From IMG/VR virus record IMGVR_UViG_3300032334_001019, positions 32,001 through 96,000 of that record: a stretch of 64,000 nucleotides of DNA. One strand, given 5' to 3'. A model generated the notes under the pieces. That model had not been told where the DNA came from. It searched no databases and was given only the letters and a program-made list of their open reading frames with translations. This stretch comes from a virus. Below, piece after piece: positions 9,915 through 18,972 of the stretch; the first letter of the stretch is position 1; every line of letters starts with the position of its first letter. Both the position numbers and the translations under genes were made by a program.

Positions 9915-11271
9915 ATTAATTGTTTTTGATTTAGATGGAGTACTTGTAGATAGCAAGACAATACATTTTGATTCACTAAATAATGCCCTTGCTGCTTTGG
10001 ATGAAAAGTATATTATTACACCAGAGGAGCAAACAAGTACGTACGAAGGCTTGCCAACAAAATCAAAATTATTATTACTTGCAAAAAATAAAGGGCTTCC
10101 AGAAAGTTGCTTTGATAGTATTTGGAACATGAAACAAGAAATAACAAGCATGATGTTTTCTAATATTGGAGAAGATAAAGAATTAATTGATCTTCTTAAA
10201 ATTATTAAAACCAATAATATTAATATAGCGGTAGCAAGTAATAGTATTAAAAAGACAATACTTGAATGCTTAGAAGGACTAGGTATTATAGATTTAATAG
10301 ACCATGTTGTAAGCAATGAGGATGTAAAAAATCCTAAACCTCATCCAGAGATGTATTGGAAGGCCATGTCATACTTTGGAGTGATTGCAGATGAGACTGT
10401 TATTTTTGAAGATAGCATAGTTGGAAGAATAGCAGCAATAGATAGCAATGCTACCCTTATTAAAGTTAAAGATAGAGCAGACCTAACCATGGATAAAGTT
10501 CAAAAGGCTGTTACCATGTTACTAAGTAACAAGGGGTCTTGGAAGGAGTCTAACTTGAATGTTTTAATACCCATGGCAGGGGCTGGAAGCCGTTTTGCAG
10601 AGGCTGGATACTCTTTCCCTAAGCCACTTATAGATGTCAATGATAAACCGATGATACAGGCTGTTGTGGACAATTTAGCAATTGATGCTACATATACATA
10701 TATTGTGCAAAAATCTCATTTTGAAAAATATAATCTTGGGTATCTTCTAAATGCAATTACTCCTAATTGCAATATTGTGCAGGTAGATGGAGTAACAGAG
10801 GGCGCAGCGGTAACATGCCTACTGGCTAAAGAATTTATCAATACAGAAGATCCTCTTGTAATGGCAAACTCTGACCAGATAGTTGATTGGAATAGCAGAG
10901 AGTTCTTATATGAAATGCATAGTAAGAACGCTGATGGTGGTATTGCTACCTTTAAATCTACCCACCCAAAATGGTCATATGCTAAAGTAAATGAATTAGG
11001 ATTAGTAACTGAGGTTGCTGAAAAGAAACCAATTAGCGATGATGCAACTGTTGGTATTTATTATTGGAAGCATGGTTCAGATTTTGTAAAGTATGCAGAG
11101 CAGATGATTAATAAAGATATTAGGGTTAATGGTGAGTTTTATACATGCCCTGTTTTTAATGAGGCTATTCAAGATGATAAAAGAATTTATACAGCAACAG
11201 TTAAAAAAATGTGGGGAATAGGAACTCCAGAAGATTTAAACAACTACTTATACAGGAGCAATAATGATTAA
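9907..11271 (+). CDS. HAD phosphatase fused to sugar nucleotidyltransferase
   Basis: FDLDGVLVDS, KPHPE, FEDS; then IPMAGAGSRF, PKPLIDV, GTPEDL. Confidence 0.88.
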   Translation: MSKLIVFDLDGVLVDSKTIHFDSLNNALAALDEKYIITPEEQTSTYEGLPTKSKLLLLAKNKGLPESCFDSIWNMKQEITSMMFSNIGEDKELIDLLKIIKTNNINIAVASNSIKKTILECLEGLGIIDLIDHVVSNEDVKNPKPHPEMYWKAMSYFGVIADETVIFEDSIVGRIAAIDSNATLIKVKDRADLTMDKVQKAVTMLLSNKGSWKESNLNVLIPMAGAGSRFAEAGYSFPKPLIDVNDKPMIQAVVDNLAIDATYTYIVQKSHFEKYNLGYLLNAITPNCNIVQVDGVTEGAAVTCLLAKEFINTEDPLVMANSDQIVDWNSREFLYEMHSKNADGGIATFKSTHPKWSYAKVNELGLVTEVAEKKPISDDATVGIYYWKHGSDFVKYAEQMINKDIRVNGEFYTCPVFNEAIQDDKRIYTATVKKMWGIGTPEDLNNYLYRSNND

Positions 11272-11698
11272 GATAGCACATAGAGGAAATATTAATGGTC
11301 CAAAACCAGAATTAGAAAATAATCCAGACTACTTATATGATGCAATTAATGCTGGTTTTGATGTAGAAGTAGATATATGGTCTGTAGATGGAATTTTGTA
11401 TCTTGGTCATGACACACCTCATTACAAGGTTGATGATTCTTTTGTAATTTCTATTTTGCCATATGCTTGGTTTCATTGTAAGAATCTAGAAGTATTAGAT
11501 AGATTTATAAGTATTAAGCCAATCATTAGGTTTTTTTGGCACCAAGAAGATGATTACACACTTACTAGTAATGGTTTTATATGGACTTATCCTGGTAAAA
11601 ATATAACAAAGAACAGCATCGTAGTACATTTAGAAAAGTTTGATAAAGACAACTTTAATGTTAAGCCATTTGCTATTTGTAGTGATTTTCTGATATAA
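11264..11698 (+). CDS. glycerophosphodiester phosphodiesterase/PLC-like protein
   Basis: IAHRGN, EN, DVEVDIW, LGHD, ICSD. Confidence 0.75.
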   Translation: MIKIAHRGNINGPKPELENNPDYLYDAINAGFDVEVDIWSVDGILYLGHDTPHYKVDDSFVISILPYAWFHCKNLEVLDRFISIKPIIRFFWHQEDDYTLTSNGFIWTYPGKNITKNSIVVHLEKFDKDNFNVKPFAICSDFLI

Positions 11699-11723
11699 TA
11701 GAATATAGAGAAAATAGGTAATT

Positions 11724-11939
11724 ATGTGGTCATGGATTCTTGCTGTAATAGGTGTTTCTGGAATATTCTTAGTTGGTCGTAAAACAATATGGGGATGGTT
11801 AATTCTTTGTGTTAATGAATGTTTATGGATTGCTTATGCCCTTGCAACAAAACAATATGGTTTTATAGCAATGGCTGTTGCCTATGCTGCAGTGTACATT
11901 AAATCATTTATTCATTGGAGGAAAGATGAGAAAATCTAA
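11724..11939 (+). CDS. small PnuC/PQ-loop-like membrane protein
   Basis: Three TM segments, Trp-rich. Confidence 0.5.
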   Translation: MWSWILAVIGVSGIFLVGRKTIWGWLILCVNECLWIAYALATKQYGFIAMAVAYAAVYIKSFIHWRKDEKI

Positions 11940-12096
11940 AGAGTTTGACGAACTAGATAAATCAATTACACTAGTTGTAAAAACAAAATGTCCACAAAAG
12001 TGGTTACTTATCGACAGGGAAACTGGTAATGTTTTTGAAGGAAACAGCGACGGAGCATGGGATAGATTAGATCCAGTTAAAAGAGAGCGAATGTAG
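11926..12096 (+). CDS. hypothetical protein
   Basis: MRKSKEF...TKCPQKWLLIDRETG; SD GGAGG. Confidence 0.6.
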   Translation: MRKSKEFDELDKSITLVVKTKCPQKWLLIDRETGNVFEGNSDGAWDRLDPVKRERM

Positions 12097-12332
12097 TGTA
12101 TACTGATAAAATGAAGATGGCATTTCATTCAATAAAGCCACCTAAAAATTTTATACTACAACTTATAGATCACGATAATTTTATAACAGTAAAGGCAAGT
12201 GAAAAACAATTTATGAGATTGTCTGGTGAAGAAAGACGAGAAGCAGTTGAATATATGATTCGTGTAAAAAAAGCACTTGAAGATAACGGAGCAATTGTTT
12301 TATTAGTTAGAGAAGGTGGTAAAGAACTATGA
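12096..12332 (+). CDS. hypothetical protein
   Basis: Coupled ORF. Confidence 0.6.
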   Translation: MYTDKMKMAFHSIKPPKNFILQLIDHDNFITVKASEKQFMRLSGEERREAVEYMIRVKKALEDNGAIVLLVREGGKEL

Positions 12333-12751
12333 TAGAGTTTATATCTTTTGTTTTATTTGTATCACTATTTGCTTTGCTTGTGGCCATGTTTGTTAAATCT
12401 AAAATAAATAATTTTAAGTTAGTGCAAATTAACCTACAACTTGCTATAGAAAAAGCAGAACTATTTAAAAAACTTGAACAATCTTTAAATAAAGAATCAG
12501 ACGTACCAATAACACAAACTGAAGGATTTGTTAACTTTATATCACAGTCTCGTGACTGGGCATTTGACTACATTGAAACAGTTCAGGTTGGTATAGATAA
12601 TTTTGTAAGGGATGCAGGCCCTTCAATTGAGTACTTTGATAAGTATGGGGATGTAATCTGGACCCCACTAACTGAGGGTATGGAAAAGATTTCTGCAGCG
12701 TATAAGGACCTAAAGGTATTGATACCAGAAGACTATGGTAAACTAGACTAA
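12329..12751 (+). CDS. hypothetical membrane-anchored protein
   Basis: N-terminal TM then coiled coil. Confidence 0.6.
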   Translation: MIEFISFVLFVSLFALLVAMFVKSKINNFKLVQINLQLAIEKAELFKKLEQSLNKESDVPITQTEGFVNFISQSRDWAFDYIETVQVGIDNFVRDAGPSIEYFDKYGDVIWTPLTEGMEKISAAYKDLKVLIPEDYGKLD

Positions 12752-12911
12752 TGATAAGATTTAAGTCCAGCCAAGATCTAGAGTATGATGCATTTTATTC
12801 ATGCCATGTTCTTGGATGTGAACTTGAAGCAGAAAAAATATATTCTACTGAATCAAAAATTGTAGATGTATGTTCAAACCATTACAAAGAATTATTAGAT
12901 AGGGACTATCA

Positions 12912-13070
12912 ATGAAAGATATAATTTTATCAACACTAACAGGTTTTGGATGTGGCATAGTATTTGCTGCATTCAAATTGCCAGTACCAGCACCACCAGT
13001 TTTTGCGGGAGTCGCAGGAATTATTGGTTTATGGATTGGTTTTACAGTACTAACAAACTTCATATCCTAG
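12912..13070 (+). CDS. XapX-domain small membrane protein (not in ORF track)
   Basis: MKDIILSTLTGFGCGIVFAAFKLPVPAPPVFAGVAGIIGLWIG; the LPVPAPP..AG..GI.G pattern. Confidence 0.7.
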   Translation: MKDIILSTLTGFGCGIVFAAFKLPVPAPPVFAGVAGIIGLWIGFTVLTNFIS

Positions 13071-13080
13071 GAGGAAAATT

Positions 13081-13377
13081 ATGAATGAACAAATTAAAGC
13101 AGCACTAGCATCATACGGTAGATCAGTAGTTGGAGCAGTTACAGCAATGTATGCTGCAGGAATTACAGATCCAGAAACTTTGGTGTACTCACTACTTGGT
13201 GCAGTTGTACCAGTAGTATTGAGAGCAGCAAATCCTAATGACAAGGCGTTTGGAAAGATGCCTGCAGTAGAAGATATTGATGTAGCACTAAAGACTGCTA
13301 AGGTAGTTAAGAAGACTGCAAAGAAGGCTCCTGCAAAGAAGTCTTCAGGTGGCGGAGCATCTAATAAGGCTCTATAG
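13081..13377 (+). CDS. holin-like membrane protein with Lys/Ala-rich tail
   Basis: ASYGRS, two hydrophobic segments, LRAANPNDKAFG; SD AGGAGG. Confidence 0.55.
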   Translation: MNEQIKAALASYGRSVVGAVTAMYAAGITDPETLVYSLLGAVVPVVLRAANPNDKAFGKMPAVEDIDVALKTAKVVKKTAKKAPAKKSSGGGASNKAL

Positions 13378-13390
13378 TATAAAAGAATTA

Positions 13391-13413
13391 GGGGGCCTTT
13401 CGGCCCCCTTTTT
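13391..13413. terminator. intrinsic terminator between convergent genes
   Basis: GGGGGCC-TTTC-GGCCCCC followed by a T run. Confidence 0.85.
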
Positions 13414-13423
13414 CTATTTTAGG

Positions 13424-14080
13424 TTAATTTCTTAAAAAGTATTTAAATTCTGGTTCATATGGAAAGTCTATGCTATCAAGTCTAGCAGTTCTTTCTTCTT
13501 CTGTTATCTCACAACCAAAACAAACCATTGTATATCTTGTATTACCAGCAGTTACCTTGTGTATTTGATGCTGATATGAGTATGCAGATGGGAACAATAG
13601 AAAGTCTCCAGCCTTTGGCTTAATCTTTACTCCAAAATGAACAAACTCTAGTTCTCCGCCTTCATAGTCATCATTAGGATAGTAAACCATAGAAACTGTT
13701 CTAGGTGTTCCATAAGAATCATCTGGATGCATAGAGAAAAACTCATTATGCTCAAACTTTGTAATTCTAAATGCTTCACGAGTAATTGGTGCAATATCCC
13801 ACATCTGACAATATGAGTCTACTATCTCCTCAAAGGCATCAGCAATTTCATCACTCTGATAAATCCATGTCGTGCTTGCCTTCTTGCCAATTTCTTCATC
13901 ATAATAGTCTTCTCTTTGGAACTTACCTTCTGCTTCAAGTCTACGCATTAGGTCCATTCCACCTGGAAATGTATTGTGGTAAATATGAATTCCTGGCGCT
14001 GGTGAGTCAAAATTAAATTCATTTCCTTTACGGCTGCGTGTAATTCCACGGGCCTTGAGTTCTAGTTTTTGCTTGTCCAT
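13424..14080 (-). CDS. 2OG-Fe(II) oxygenase, prolyl-4-hydroxylase-like
   Basis: HPD, YYPNDDYEGGELEF, PKAGDFLLFPS, H...V..G.RY. Confidence 0.88.
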   Translation of the reverse strand: MDKQKLELKARGITRSRKGNEFNFDSPAPGIHIYHNTFPGGMDLMRRLEAEGKFQREDYYDEEIGKKASTTWIYQSDEIADAFEEIVDSYCQMWDIAPITREAFRITKFEHNEFFSMHPDDSYGTPRTVSMVYYPNDDYEGGELEFVHFGVKIKPKAGDFLLFPSAYSYQHQIHKVTAGNTRYTMVCFGCEITEEERTARLDSIDFPYEPEFKYFLRN

Positions 14081-14182
14081 GCTTCTCCTTAGTGACTTTA
14101 CAAGTATACCATAATCTGGTATAATCATTATACCTGCCCATATGGGGGGTAAATTAACTTATTCGCTTGAAAGGGGAATAAT

Positions 14183-14587
14183 ATGGTAAAAACAGCACTG
14201 GATCTTTTTAATGATCCATTTTTTAATACCTTCTCAAATTTTCAGAAGGTAACAACAACAACAAACTATCCACCTTATAACCAGATTAAATTAAATGATA
14301 CAGAGTATATTCTTTCATTTGCTTTGGCTGGTTTTTCTAAGGATGATGTCTCAGTATCGCTAGACAATCGCAAACTTACAATCAGGGGCGAGAAGCAGGA
14401 TGCTGAGTTGCCAGAGGGTGCAGAGTATCTACATAAGGGCATTGCTGCTCGTAAGTTCACGGATATCTTTACCCTTCCTGAGTTTATAGAAGTTGTTGGG
14501 GCTGAATTTAAGGACGGTATCTTAGATATCAGACTTGAAAAGCAGATCCCAGAAGATAAACTACCAAAGACCATTGAAATTAGGTAG
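14183..14587 (+). CDS. small heat shock protein Hsp20
   Basis: YPPYN, ALAGF, YLHKGIAARKF, DGILDI. Confidence 0.93.
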   Translation: MVKTALDLFNDPFFNTFSNFQKVTTTTNYPPYNQIKLNDTEYILSFALAGFSKDDVSVSLDNRKLTIRGEKQDAELPEGAEYLHKGIAARKFTDIFTLPEFIEVVGAEFKDGILDIRLEKQIPEDKLPKTIEIR

Positions 14588-14599
14588 TATAATAAACTA

Positions 14600-14704
14600 T
14601 TCCGTCATGATACATGCAGTTGCTTTATAAGCGACCTTATTGCTGAGTACGGAGAAACCCTGGATCGCTACCTGGGAAGACCTGAGTAAGTCTGTAAACT
14701 GCTC
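14600..14704 (+). ncRNA. putative structured small RNA ending in the pseudoknot motif
   Basis: TATAAT at 14588; nested stems TCCGT/ACGGA and GTTGCTT/AAGCGAC, hairpin CCCTGG/CCTGGG, then AGAC-CTGAGTAA-GTCT-GTAAAC-TGCTC. Confidence 0.5.
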
Positions 14705-14727
14705 TTTATCATGCTATAATGGTAGTT

Positions 14728-15177
14728 ATGGAAGAATTAATTAATCTACTAAAGGTGCTGCTTGCAGATAATATTACTCTCAAGTTAAAGGCTCATGGCT
14801 ATCACTGGAATGTAGAAGGTGATGATTTTCTTCAGTACCACGAACTTTTTGAAAATATTTATACAGATTATGATGAAGCAACAGATACCTATGCTGAATG
14901 GCTTCGTAAATTAGATACATATGCACCATTTAAACTATCAAGATTTATTCAACTTAATGAAGTTGGAGAACCTGATGTTACTTCAGATCCAATGATGATG
15001 TCTGCAGATCTGCTTATGGCTAATGACATGGTTCTTGCTAAGTTAGTAGATGCTTGCGATATGGCAACATCAAACAAACAACACGCACTTGCAAACTTTT
15101 TTGCAGAGCGTATGGATCAACATCAAAGATGGCACTGGATGTTATCTGTTTCAATTAAAACAGTAGGAGAAGAATAA
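14728..15177 (+). CDS. dps: Dps/ferritin-like DNA protection protein
   Basis: KAHGYHWNVEG..F..YHELFE, D..AE.LR, H.R..WML. Confidence 0.9.
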   Translation: MEELINLLKVLLADNITLKLKAHGYHWNVEGDDFLQYHELFENIYTDYDEATDTYAEWLRKLDTYAPFKLSRFIQLNEVGEPDVTSDPMMMSADLLMANDMVLAKLVDACDMATSNKQHALANFFAERMDQHQRWHWMLSVSIKTVGEE

Positions 15178-16055
15178 TGCCATATCATGTAGGAGCAAAA
15201 GGTTCAAACGGTTGTTCTGGATATCCAGTAGTAAGTGATGCTGGAAAAGTAGCGGGATGTCATACAACAGAAGCAGAGGCAGTAAATCAAATGCAAGCAT
15301 TATATGCAAATGTGCCAGATGCAAAAAAGGGTGAAGCATCTATTGAAACATCAGGTAATCCTGAGAACCCATCAGAATCAATTAATCCAACTGTTGGAAT
15401 GAGAAAGCCCGCAGTAATGCCAGGTGGAAAGAAAAAGAAAAAGTATCGTGCTGCTAAAGCAATTGATGCTACAACAATCTTAAAAGATATGGTTGCAGAA
15501 GGTGACTTTGTTATTGTTTCGTGTGAAGATGAAACACATGTTGGTATTGTTCAGTATGTAATGACTGAAGGAATGTTTGGAATTGCCACATCTGACTATG
15601 CTATTGAAGCATCAGCAGAAAACCCAGCAGTTCTTGTTCGTACCCTTGAACTTGAAGAAGATGAGGGTATTTGGGAAGAATCAGAATATTTAGTAGGAGC
15701 AGAAGCAAAGATGGTTACTAAGATTGAGCCACTGGCATTAGAAATAGAAGTAGTATCTAATGGTTATCAGGATTGCGGATGTCCTACATGCGAAGCACTT
15801 AATGTAGACTGTGAAAACTGTCCAGTATGTTCTCCAATACCTGCAACTGATTCTGAAGTTGAGATGGCAATGTATGACTCATCTATTGGTAAGGCTGATC
15901 CTTGCTGGGATGGTTATGTACAGCGTGGAATGAAGGAACAGGGTGGAAAAATGGTTCCAAACTGTGTTCCAGTTGAAAAAACAGAGTCAATTTTTGCGGG
16001 ACTTGGTAAAGATTATACAAAATCAACCACAAATACATATAGAGTTGAAGAGTAA
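15177..16055 (+). CDS. acidic hypothetical phage protein with Cys cluster
   Basis: GCH...A..Q..AL, CGCPTC..CENCPVC, PCWDGY..G.K....VPNCVP motif typical of phage proteins. Confidence 0.6.
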   Translation: MPYHVGAKGSNGCSGYPVVSDAGKVAGCHTTEAEAVNQMQALYANVPDAKKGEASIETSGNPENPSESINPTVGMRKPAVMPGGKKKKKYRAAKAIDATTILKDMVAEGDFVIVSCEDETHVGIVQYVMTEGMFGIATSDYAIEASAENPAVLVRTLELEEDEGIWEESEYLVGAEAKMVTKIEPLALEIEVVSNGYQDCGCPTCEALNVDCENCPVCSPIPATDSEVEMAMYDSSIGKADPCWDGYVQRGMKEQGGKMVPNCVPVEKTESIFAGLGKDYTKSTTNTYRVEE

Positions 16056-16070
16056 TTTAGTAATAGTTTT

Positions 16071-16745
16071 ATGAAAAGAGTAGCGCTACTCTATTCTGGA
16101 GAAATAAGAAATATCCTTGATTGCTTTAATAATCATTATGATAATATAATCTTACCAAACAAAGATGAGTATGAGTTTGATATATATTTTCATCTTTGGA
16201 TTACACCATGGGAAACCAATGATCTTCGTACTAGAGTGTTACAAACATTAAGACCATTAGCATATGAGTTTGAACCATACATAGAATTTAAAAATGATAT
16301 TGTACCAGATCCAAGGTTTCCACATCCAGTTCAAAATTTTTACTCAATGTTTTATGGTATGAATAAAGTAAATAAACTAAAAGAAAAAATAGAGCATGAT
16401 CAAAACAAAAAATATGATTTAGTCTTTAGAATGAGAACTGATTTATTTTTTCTTAGATCAATAGGAAAACTAAGCGACTATGATAATACTAGAATTCATA
16501 TACAGGAAGATTGGGCACACCTAGAGTACGGAGTCAATGATCAGTTTGCCTTCGGTCCATCGGAGGATATGTCAAAGTTTATATCTGTCTACGAAAACTT
16601 AGACGAACTATATAAGATGGGCTGTGCCATAAATCCAGAATGCCTGATGGGTTTTAACGCTCAGAATGTACATAACCTTAAAATTGAACGGCATAAGTGG
16701 AAGTTTTGGCTATTTAGACATATCCTATGGAACATAAGTAAGTAG
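16071..16745 (+). CDS. putative glycosyltransferase-like protein
   Basis: VALLYSGEIR, DIYFHLW, SMFYG, YDLVFRMRTD, NDQFAFG. Confidence 0.55.
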   Translation: MKRVALLYSGEIRNILDCFNNHYDNIILPNKDEYEFDIYFHLWITPWETNDLRTRVLQTLRPLAYEFEPYIEFKNDIVPDPRFPHPVQNFYSMFYGMNKVNKLKEKIEHDQNKKYDLVFRMRTDLFFLRSIGKLSDYDNTRIHIQEDWAHLEYGVNDQFAFGPSEDMSKFISVYENLDELYKMGCAINPECLMGFNAQNVHNLKIERHKWKFWLFRHILWNISK

Positions 16746-16894
16746 TGTATAATAGATAAATGCCTAAAAAGAAATCATATGCATTTAATCCAATGCAGAT
16801 AAAAGATGGATGGATTGTAAGACTGTACAAAGACGGACGCATAAAGTCTAAGATAGAAAAATATACGCCAAAGGCTCCTAAAAAGAGTTAGCCC

Positions 16895-17149
16895 ATGAAA
16901 GAAATTCTGCACTTTACGGCAGATTGGTGCATGCCATGCAAAAGGTTAAAGCCTATATTAGATGAAATACTTTTAGATTATCCTGATATAAAGTACAACA
17001 GTATAGATGTAGATTCAAACATTGGTATTACAAATGACTATAATGTTCAAAGTGTTCCAACACTGATAATTTTAGTTGATGGTGGTATACATAAAAGACA
17101 CCGTGGAGTTGCAACTAAAGAAGAGTTAATTAAGTTTATTAGTGAATAA
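16895..17149 (+). CDS. thioredoxin
   Basis: FTADWCMPCK, VQSVPTL. Confidence 0.9.
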   Translation: MKEILHFTADWCMPCKRLKPILDEILLDYPDIKYNSIDVDSNIGITNDYNVQSVPTLIILVDGGIHKRHRGVATKEELIKFISE

Positions 17150-17870
17150 CTATACAACAGTTACCATCTATTCTGTCATTAGATAGTAGGTAATCTTTTA
17201 AGTCGCCAAGATTTTTTCTAATAATAAGTTCATCTTGTCTTGTCAGATTATAACAAAGGGTACTCTGTTTATGTTTTCCAAAAGCATTTATTACTTCATC
17301 TAAAAATAAAAATATATGATCACTAAAGTCTGCCTTTTGGTTAGGCAATAGATTTCTTTGCTTATTCATAATATAAAAAACCATTGGTATATCATTATTT
17401 TTAATTTTATTTAAATGATTTATTCTATCCTGTTTGTCATGTGAAAGAAACCCCTCAAATGAAAACCTATTCATGCAGCCAGCAACAGATACTGCAGCCA
17501 TAATAGCAGAAGGTCCAGGAGTTGATGTTATCTCTACTCTTCCATCCTCTATAATTCTTTTTACTATTTGTTCCCCTGGGTCTGCAATACCAGGCATCCC
17601 CTCATCTGAAATAATAAAAATATCATTGCCACTTACAAGTAAATCAATTATGCGATCATACTCTTTTGCTTCTTTGTCATTTCCTTCTTCATATGCAATA
17701 TCTATAAGTTCTGCACTACACTCAACACTTATTCTACTGCAAAAATCTTTAAACAATAAGGGATTTTCAACTGCTATATATTTAGCAGTTTTAATTGCTT
17801 GAATAGTTGTAAAAGAAATATCATCAATGTTTCCAATTGGAGATCCAATAAGGTAAAGTTTGCCAAACAT
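17139..17870 (-). CDS. rsmI: RsmI-like tetrapyrrole-fold methyltransferase (16S rRNA C1402 2'-O-methyltransferase homolog)
   Basis: GKLYLIGSPIGNIDDIS, ISDEGMPGIADPG, PGPSA, FSFEGFL. Confidence 0.8.
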   Translation of the reverse strand: MFGKLYLIGSPIGNIDDISFTTIQAIKTAKYIAVENPLLFKDFCSRISVECSAELIDIAYEEGNDKEAKEYDRIIDLLVSGNDIFIISDEGMPGIADPGEQIVKRIIEDGRVEITSTPGPSAIMAAVSVAGCMNRFSFEGFLSHDKQDRINHLNKIKNNDIPMVFYIMNKQRNLLPNQKADFSDHIFLFLDEVINAFGKHKQSTLCYNLTRQDELIIRKNLGDLKDYLLSNDRIDGNCCIVIH

Positions 17871-17930
17871 TAGTAAATAAAACCTCTTACCTTATTAATC
17901 TTTTTAAGAGCCTTTTTTACTCTACGTTTT

Positions 17931-18971
17931 TTAAGTAGATTTTTTATGAATTTCATTTATAATCCCCCTCTCTTTAATTGCTTTTAAAAAATCTTCTGCC
18001 CAACATAGGTTAGTTAAATATCCTGGATGACCATCTCTTGCATAAAGATCTGCTTCTTTAAATTTTCCATCTGGCCTATGCCTTGCAATAAACTCTTCAG
18101 TTGCTTCGTTAATTCTAAAGAATGTATCTTCAAATAATTTACTATTCTCTACATTAATAGCGTTTGCATCATCCCACATTGTCCAAATAATTTTTATATC
18201 ACTTGCTTTGCAAAATTCAATAAATGAAAACCATGCAGTTGCCCAAACTGGAAAGATTTGTCGTTCTTCATACAAGGTTGGATATGGACTTAGATCTAGT
18301 GATGTAAAAGGATCTCCACTACCCCTTGTTTCTCTATTTTCTTTAATTATTTTATCTTGATTTGTTCTATCTGATGCATATGGAAACTGCTGAGTGTATC
18401 TCCATTGATTTTCTGATTCTATCCAGTAATAATTTCTTAATATATTTGGATGATTTATTAAAAGCACATCTGGTTTTGCATATTCTTTACAATATTTAAA
18501 AACAGCAGACATAATCTTTTGCCAACCATAACCACCCTTACCTAAACTAAAAAATCCAGAAAGATTATAGTCTTTTGAAAGTTCATCGTAAACAATCTTT
18601 GTCCAAACATTGTCTATTTTTGAGCCAACACCTTCTGTGTTTGAACATCCAGCAAATAAAATATGTAATCCGTCATGATCTTTTTTAAAGTGTTCTGATC
18701 TAAACCAATCTGAGTTGTATTTGTAACCAACAGCCCAATCTTTTCTTTGAGGATTAACATTTTCAGGCGGGATAGGATCTAATATATGATAATTACTTTC
18801 ATCAAGTTTATAGTTAAATGCTTTGTATAAAAAGGCAGTCTCTGACTCTGTTTTATCAACTACTGGGTCAGCCCAAGTTTTATCAAATTCAGCAATCTTC
18901 ATTGTTCTTAGAGCGTCTATGCTTAATTTTAATTCTTCAGCGAGTTCTCTTGTTTGATCGTAATCGCTCAT
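17931..18971 (-). CDS. SGNH/GDSL-like hypothetical protein
   Basis: FRSEHF, ILFAGCSNTEGVG, LGKGG, C-terminal RDGHPG. Confidence 0.55.
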   Translation of the reverse strand: MSDYDQTRELAEELKLSIDALRTMKIAEFDKTWADPVVDKTESETAFLYKAFNYKLDESNYHILDPIPPENVNPQRKDWAVGYKYNSDWFRSEHFKKDHDGLHILFAGCSNTEGVGSKIDNVWTKIVYDELSKDYNLSGFFSLGKGGYGWQKIMSAVFKYCKEYAKPDVLLINHPNILRNYYWIESENQWRYTQQFPYASDRTNQDKIIKENRETRGSGDPFTSLDLSPYPTLYEERQIFPVWATAWFSFIEFCKASDIKIIWTMWDDANAINVENSKLFEDTFFRINEATEEFIARHRPDGKFKEADLYARDGHPGYLTNLCWAEDFLKAIKERGIINEIHKKST

Positions 18972-18972
18972 T

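Noticed and set aside
14640-14660. Hammerhead ribozyme (CUGAGUA...GAAAC)
   Set aside because: Core is CUGAGUA rather than CUGANGA, and no stem II separates it from GAAA
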